NCBI GenBank assembly: GCA_963674755.2
Contig: CAXXVS010000003.1
Span: forward strand, 1,120,001 to 1,184,000
DNA length: 64,000 nt
Reading direction: 5' to 3'
DNA from: Desulfobacterales bacterium
Lineage (GTDB): Bacteria; Desulfobacterota; Desulfobacteria; Desulfobacterales; UBA5852
Shown: positions 58,196 through 64,000 of the stretch, piece by piece
Layout of the letters: each line of letters begins with the position of its first letter
Position numbering within the stretch: the first letter of the stretch is position 1
The notes under the pieces: model-generated
Told to the model about the DNA's origin: nothing
The model's database searches: none
What the model saw: only the letters and a program-made list of their open reading frames with translations
Position numbers and translations under genes: made by a program

Positions 58196-58502
58196 CGGGT
58201 CCGCTCCAGGGCACCAGACAGACCGCCTGGGCGGCGGCAGTCCGGCGATTATCGGGGTTGCGAACGGTCAGGGCAAGAACCGCTCCCTATGTGGTCCGTC
58301 GTGCATATCTTCAACGTGAACGGGGATTATAAATTATCCTTGGCGAGGAATCAAATGATGTGGACGTGAGGCGTCGGTGAGCTGCCGGGTTTTGCCGTCA
58401 AATCGCGTCGGCCAGCCGTATAGGGGGTAACCAGACGAATCGATTCGCGCAACGCAGCCATTTTCCGCTTTGGCAGGCACGCCGCACAACGGGGTATCCG
58501 CC

Positions 58503-58688
58503 TTATCCGGTGATCCCATCCATAGTATCACAGGGAACACGCGTTGCCGGGTGGCGGCGGATAACCCGGCCGGCATCCTCCGTCACGGCGACAATCTCGA
58601 CGGGGCATTCGGGAAAGACCCGTTGCAGGCGTTCCAGGAGTCCGGCATCCACGCGGTCCGGATCGGTCAACAACACGATGCGCTTCAT
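58503..58688 (-). CDS. Small hypothetical protein
   Basis: MKRIVLL...LQRVFPECPVEIV; 15 bp downstream of the REC gene, co-oriented. Confidence 0.5.
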   Translation of the reverse strand: MKRIVLLTDPDRVDAGLLERLQRVFPECPVEIVAVTEDAGRVIRRHPATRVPCDTMDGITG

Positions 58689-58703
58689 CTACGGCCTTCC
58701 GGG

Positions 58704-59183
58704 TTAAAGGGTGATGGTGATCGCTGCGGCCGCCGCCTCGGTCGTGATCAATGCGGCCACGGTCTTCAACAAGGTATCGAAGTCGAACGGCTTGGCGAGG
58801 ACGGCCTGGGCCGGACCGTGGCCGTTAACCATGTCCCGGACCGCCGCCTCGATTGCGCCGGTGATGAGCACCACCGGGGTTTCCGGCGACAGGGCCTTGA
58901 TGCGCGCCATGAGCGCCGCTCCGTCCATTACCGGCATCTGCAGGTCGGTGATGACCAGATCGTAGGAGGCCCGGCGGAACATCCGCCATGCCTGGCGGCC
59001 GTTTTCCGCCAGGGAGACCTCGTAGCCATGGCGCTGGAGATAAAGGGATATCAAGCGGCGCAGTTCGGGGTTGTCGTCCACCGCCAGCACCCGCCGGCGA
59101 TGGATAGCGTCGCAATGGTTGCTCGCCGGCGCCATCGCGGAAGTAACTGCACTGGGGGATTTACGGCGGCTGTGATGTTTCAT
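58704..59183 (-). CDS. Single-domain response regulator receiver
   Basis: VLAVDDN, DLVITDLQMPVMDG, ITG, KPF; start uncertain. Confidence 0.9.
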   Translation of the reverse strand: MKHHSRRKSPSAVTSAMAPASNHCDAIHRRRVLAVDDNPELRRLISLYLQRHGYEVSLAENGRQAWRMFRRASYDLVITDLQMPVMDGAALMARIKALSPETPVVLITGAIEAAVRDMVNGHGPAQAVLAKPFDFDTLLKTVAALITTEAAAAAITITL

Positions 59184-59488
59184 GGACGCATTCCTTGCGT
59201 GTTTCCGGGCCTGACGTCTTGGCAGTGGCCGGTGTCTTCGGAGGGGGGAGTGCCGCTGCGCGACCGGCCGTTTGCGCTTCTACGCTTCTATAAAATCTGT
59301 ATCGGACAATTCGGTCCGGGAGACAATGGGGGCGATACCTTATCGGATTTGGAAATGGCCTGTAGTCAGGTTAAGGGTGGATCGGAGAGGGCAAATTCGT
59401 TCGCCGGGACAGGCCGGTCCGCCATGTCCACCATCAAGGGGGGAGGGCGCGGCCGCCCGCAACGCTATCCGCCGGCAACGGGAAGGGG

Positions 59489-60793
59489 TCAGGAGGTGCC
59501 TATCACGCCCGTGCGCCGCCCTGCATAGGCGTCGAAGCCCAGCACGTCCTGTCCGTCATGGGGCAATATCAGGCAGACGGTGGTGCCCCCGCCCGGGCAC
59601 GAGTCGATGGTGAGGCGCCCGCCCGCCATGGCGGCCCGGTCGCGCATGCCCTGGAGACCGAAGCCGGTCAGGGCATCGCCGCCGTTGGTGGCATCCTGAA
59701 GGCGGAAGCCGCGTCCGTCGTCAGCGATGCACAGACGGATTTCCCGGGGTATCGAGATCAGGTGCACCTGGATATTTTCGGCCCCGCTGTGCTTGAGGGC
59801 GTTGTTGACGGCTTCTTGCAGCACCCGGTAGATGATGATCTTGGCCGGCTCGGGGATGTCGGTTTCGGCCGCTTGGATGTGGGTGCCGATGTGGATGCCG
59901 GCATACATTTCACCGCTGTTGCGGCAGTACCAATCGATGGTGGCCAGCAGCCCCAGGTCGTCCAGCGTGGAGGGCCGCAGACTGGCGGAGATCCGACGCA
60001 CCTCCTTGATGGTGTCGTTGAGGTGGGTCACCACTTTTTCAAAGGGAAAGATGGCCTTGGGGGGAGAATCGCCCATGTGAACGAGCCGGCCCTCGATGGC
60101 GTATTTGATGGCCGCCAGGCTGGCACCGATGCTGTCATGGAGCTCCTTGGAGATCTGTCGGCGCTCGTTCTCCTGGGTGTCGACAATTTTGAGAGTCAGG
60201 GCGCGTAAGGCCTGCTGGGATTCGCGCAGGGCTTTTTCGATATCTTTGCGTTCGTAGACTTCCGCCTGGAGGGCCTCCACCGTCAGGGCCAGCTCCCGGG
60301 TGCGCTTGGTGACCATGTCCTCCAAGGCATCGTGGGCCTGCTTCAGCTGGATCTGGGCCTGGCGGTGCGCCCGGCGGACGTCGTGCCGCCGCTTGACGTT
60401 CAACAGCTTGATGGGCAGGAGTTTGAGGTAGCCCTGGTTGGGATCTTTGATGATGTAGTCGTCCATGCCGGCCTGGAGGGCCTGTACGGCCAGAAGCTCC
60501 GAACCGGCGCCGGTCAACATGACCGCCGGTGGCAGATCGTTCTTTTGCCGCAAGACGCGGTAGGTATCCAGACCGTTCATACCCGGCAGGTTGTGGTCCA
60601 GCACCACGATGTCGAAGGCCTCACTGCCGGCCGCTATGGCGGCCGACATATCTTCACCGCGCCGGCAGATGGACAGCTCGAAGGGGATATTCATCTTGTC
60701 GATGGCCCGGCGAAAGGCCAACTGGTCGTGTTCGCTGTCTTCCACCAGCAGAATCCGCAGCGGGGTGGGCGGCGTTTGCGATTTCTGATTCAT
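59489..60793 (-). CDS. Receiver plus HisKA_3 histidine kinase
   Basis: ILLVEDS, LDHNLPGMNG; ELHDSIG, QEAVNNALKHS, DDGRGF, GFGL. Confidence 0.93.
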   Translation of the reverse strand: MNQKSQTPPTPLRILLVEDSEHDQLAFRRAIDKMNIPFELSICRRGEDMSAAIAAGSEAFDIVVLDHNLPGMNGLDTYRVLRQKNDLPPAVMLTGAGSELLAVQALQAGMDDYIIKDPNQGYLKLLPIKLLNVKRRHDVRRAHRQAQIQLKQAHDALEDMVTKRTRELALTVEALQAEVYERKDIEKALRESQQALRALTLKIVDTQENERRQISKELHDSIGASLAAIKYAIEGRLVHMGDSPPKAIFPFEKVVTHLNDTIKEVRRISASLRPSTLDDLGLLATIDWYCRNSGEMYAGIHIGTHIQAAETDIPEPAKIIIYRVLQEAVNNALKHSGAENIQVHLISIPREIRLCIADDGRGFRLQDATNGGDALTGFGLQGMRDRAAMAGGRLTIDSCPGGGTTVCLILPHDGQDVLGFDAYAGRRTGVIGTS

Positions 60794-60992
60794 GCGAGCT
60801 TCTCCTGGTTGCTTAAGCGCCTGGGAGCCGTCGGTGAAGAGGGTGGCGGCCGGCGTTTTGACCTGCTCCGTTGCCGTGGTCGTGATCGCCGACGGAAGCG
60901 TCTTTTATAATAACGTCAACGGCCTTCGCTGGTTACAACGACCACTGCTTCGCTTGCGCCCTGCGCACAACGACAACGAAGCCGCCCGTTGG

Positions 60993-62642
60993 TCAGGGAC
61001 GGCCTATTTCCCTTGGCAGCATCACAAAGAAGGTCGTGCCGGTCTCCGGATCGGATTCCAGCCGAACGGATCCGCCGAGTCGGTAAGCGGCTTTGCGAAC
61101 GATGGCCAGTCCGATGCCGGTGCCTTCATACTCCCGCTGGGTGTGCAGGCGCTGGAAAATCCTGAAGATTTGCTCCCTGTATTGGGACGCAATACCGATG
61201 CCGTTGTCGCGTACGAAGAGCTCGATGCAGTCCTCCGGCGCCGGCTGCCAGCCGATGGCGATCTGTTTGGGCGTGCGGCGGTTGAACTTGATGGCGTTGG
61301 AGATCAGGTTCTGCAGAATCTGTTTGAGCAGCGTACGGTCGGCGTGAAACGAAGGCCACGCGGGGTCCACAGCGAAGTCGACATCGGGTGGCGCGCCCAG
61401 CAACGCCTGGATCTCATCGACAAGGCCCGGCACGTCGGCGGTTTCATGTTCCAGAACCAAAGCGCCAATGCGGGACAGGTCGAGCAGATCGCCGATCAAC
61501 TGTTCGCCCTGGAGGACCGCCTTTTGCATGCCCTCCAGATATTTTTTCTGGATCCCGGACAAGCTATCGGCCAGATCTTCGTAAAGGAAATCGGCGTAGT
61601 TGCGGATGGCCCGCAGGGGATCCTTCAGATCGTGGGAGACGGCGTAGGCGTATTGGGAGAGTTCTTCATTGATCCGCTCGGTTTCGGACAGTTGCCGAGC
61701 CATCTGAAGGTGGGCCAGGTGGACCCTCTCCTCGCTTTGCTTGCGGTGGGTGATGTCGAAGTTGATCCCGGCGATGTGCCGCGGCCGGCCTTCGGCGTCC
61801 CGGAAGATCAACCCCCGCGCCGCCAGCCAGCGGGTTTCCCCGTCGGCCCGCACCACCCGGAATTCATCCCGGACATCGTCGCCGTCCCTCGTCAGGTAGG
61901 TTCGGATGCTTTCGAGGAGGCCGGTGCGGTCCTCGGGGTGGATGAATTCGAAGAAGTAGTCTTCATTTTCCGGCCCCGCTCGGGGTTTGAGGCGCAGCAA
62001 TCGGTAGAGGCCCGCGTCCCACTTGGTCGTTCGATTGTCGAGATCGTAGATCCAGGTGCCCAGTTTGGCCGCCCGGGCGGCCATCTGGAGCTGGGAGTGC
62101 ACATGCTTCAGCTCGGCTTCCCGGCGGCGCAGAGGGGATATATCGAAAAAGGCAAGATGCCAATAGCGGAACTGCCCCTCCGCGTCGAAACGGGGCGCCA
62201 CTTGGATGTGGGTCTGGATCGATCGGTTGGACCGGCCCCGCAGGGCCAGTTCAAAGGAATGGGCCTGCCCTGTGGCGGCCACCCTGCGCATGGCGCGAAA
62301 AAAACGCCCCTGGTCCTTCTTTTCCACGAAAGGGGAAAACGCCTGCCCGATGGGCGGGACTTCAGGTTCGCCCAGGAGGCGCCGGGCGGCGGCATTGGCC
62401 CGTTGGATCAGGCTGTTGGCGTCCAGCGACACGAAAGCCACCGGCGTGGTTTCATAAAGATCGACATACGCATGCCGGGCCGACGCCAGATCGCGGCGGA
62501 GCCTGTGCAGCTTCTGGTCCTGGGAGGCCAGCGCGTTTTGGGCCTGTTCGAGTTCGCGGGCTAGGTGTCCAGGATCGCGGCGTTCTTCTGCGGTCAGGGC
62601 AATCCGCTCCCGGCGGTGTCGATATGATGGATCGTTAGCCAT
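60993..62642 (-). CDS. PAS-PAS histidine kinase (HisKA)
   Basis: Two PAS domains, SHDLKDPLR, NLISNAIKF, DNGIGI, FQRLH, GTGIGL; start uncertain. Confidence 0.92.
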   Translation of the reverse strand: MANDPSYRHRRERIALTAEERRDPGHLARELEQAQNALASQDQKLHRLRRDLASARHAYVDLYETTPVAFVSLDANSLIQRANAAARRLLGEPEVPPIGQAFSPFVEKKDQGRFFRAMRRVAATGQAHSFELALRGRSNRSIQTHIQVAPRFDAEGQFRYWHLAFFDISPLRRREAELKHVHSQLQMAARAAKLGTWIYDLDNRTTKWDAGLYRLLRLKPRAGPENEDYFFEFIHPEDRTGLLESIRTYLTRDGDDVRDEFRVVRADGETRWLAARGLIFRDAEGRPRHIAGINFDITHRKQSEERVHLAHLQMARQLSETERINEELSQYAYAVSHDLKDPLRAIRNYADFLYEDLADSLSGIQKKYLEGMQKAVLQGEQLIGDLLDLSRIGALVLEHETADVPGLVDEIQALLGAPPDVDFAVDPAWPSFHADRTLLKQILQNLISNAIKFNRRTPKQIAIGWQPAPEDCIELFVRDNGIGIASQYREQIFRIFQRLHTQREYEGTGIGLAIVRKAAYRLGGSVRLESDPETGTTFFVMLPREIGRP

Positions 62643-62925
62643 AGTGTTGGATTGCGGTGAAAGCGTTTTCACCGCTCTGTAAGTTGTTAGGGACCAAGCA
62701 TTGCGACCATGATCGGAGGGCCTGCAGATTTTCTGATCAGACGCATCACGGCGGCGGTGGCAGGGGATCGTCCCTCTGATTCGGCGCTGTTTGCGGACGG
62801 AGATGGATTGCAGTGTACGCCACCCGGCCGCCGGAAGCAATAACTTGTAGGGGGTGATACAAGGAAAAGGCGGGAAACGGGAGGGCGGAACCCTTTGGCA
62901 GAGGGACCGGAAACGGCCGTCGATT

Positions 62926-63588
62926 TCAGCTTTTGCGCTCCACCAATCCCTTTTCGATGGCCAGGACGGTCAATTGGGCCACATTGTGCAGGTCGAGTTT
63001 GGCCATGATGTTGGAACGGTGCTTCTCGACGGTCTTGACGCTGATGCAGAGCATATCCGCAATTTCACTGTTGGTGTAGCCTTCGGCCAGCAGCTTCAGG
63101 ATTTCCTTTTCGCGCTGGGTGACGCTCTCCCAGGTGGTTTCCGATTGCTGCCGGGCGCGTTTGGTCAGAAACCCCTCCAGCACATGCCGGGCGATCAGCG
63201 GGCTGAGATAGATCTTGCCGGCCAGGACGCTGTCGATGGCCACCAGCAACTCCTCGCGGCTGTCGTTTTTGCTGCAATAGCCGTCCGCGCCGGCTTCGAA
63301 CGTTTCCAACACGTAGGTTTCGGATTGATGGATGGTCAGGACCAGGGTCTTGATGCCGGGCTGGTAAGTCTTGGCATCCAGCAGGACGGAAAGGCCGTTC
63401 ATGCGGGGCATGGAAAGGTCCAGGAGCATCAGGTCCGGTTTCAGGCGTTTGACCATGCGCAGGGCCTCAAGGCCGTCCACGGCTTCGCCCACGATGTCGA
63501 GCGCTTCCCGGTCGGCCAAGATGGCTTTAAGTCCCTCCCGCAGCATTTGATGGTCTTCAGCGATCAATACGCGTTTCCTGGCTGGCAT
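62926..63588 (-). CDS. NarL/LuxR family response regulator
   Basis: VLIAEDHQMLREGL, LDLSMPRMNG, TQREKEILKLLAEG, ISVKTVEKHRSNIM; AGGAG RBS. Confidence 0.95.
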   Translation of the reverse strand: MPARKRVLIAEDHQMLREGLKAILADREALDIVGEAVDGLEALRMVKRLKPDLMLLDLSMPRMNGLSVLLDAKTYQPGIKTLVLTIHQSETYVLETFEAGADGYCSKNDSREELLVAIDSVLAGKIYLSPLIARHVLEGFLTKRARQQSETTWESVTQREKEILKLLAEGYTNSEIADMLCISVKTVEKHRSNIMAKLDLHNVAQLTVLAIEKGLVERKS

Positions 63589-64000
63589 GGAGACTCTCCT
63601 TCGTGTGGGGGCGTGACCGCAACACAACGCATGGCATCCATCAATACCCCCCCTAACTGTCCGTCAATCTATACGGCAATACGGTCGAAGCCGTATTTTG
63701 GGCCGGGGGAGGATGTAGCGGGGGACGCCGTCAGTGGTGAAAAGTCCGATCAATCGCCAAACCGTCTATCGTGTTCATTGTAGTCGTCGTGGTCGTAATC
63801 GTGTTTTGAAATTCATTGAAACCATCGGGTACGATGACGACAACGACAAGGATGGCTTCTGTGGTTGCGGTTTCCAATTGGCGATGACAAACGACCAGGG
63901 ATGGGCATTATTGCCGGCGGAACTTATAGGGTGTGCTGACGCAGAAAGCGCACCGCCCGGAGTGGAGACTATCGTCGATGATGCGCTTCCTTCGTCAGCA

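Overview
GC-rich bacterial chromosome segment whose gene content and intergenic repeats suggest a Desulfobacterales-like deltaproteobacterium (inference). In order: a broken IS3 transposase, a PAS protein, tRNA-Pro, RNase J, an arsR-acr3-(transglutaminase-like ORF)-arsM operon, tRNA-Leu, tig-clpP-clpX-lon and tRNA-Val. Next is a minus-strand atu/liu-like acyl-CoA catabolic cluster. tRNA-Asp is followed by a small GIY-YIG nuclease gene that ends inside a second, anticodon-arm-replaced copy of the tRNA. A decayed AT-rich island follows (DUF433/PIN toxin-antitoxin pair, broken RAYT-like Y1 transposase, ORF-less group II intron remnant), then an ABC importer plus DHH phosphoesterase operon. A stress/redox cluster comes next (an unlisted 52-aa desulforedoxin, SodC, GAPDH, glucokinase, PilZ, KhpA, CBS, APH-AAA kinase, DksA-BON fusion, UPF0182), and the window ends in a CheB/CheR-hybrid two-component cluster. 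Two dispersed, covarying structured repeat families (5 and 3 copies) sit in intergenic spaces. The best candidates for undescribed biology are the tRNA/GIY-YIG/pseudo-tRNA unit and the nested structured repeats. All protein calls rest on motif recognition by eye; no searches were run.
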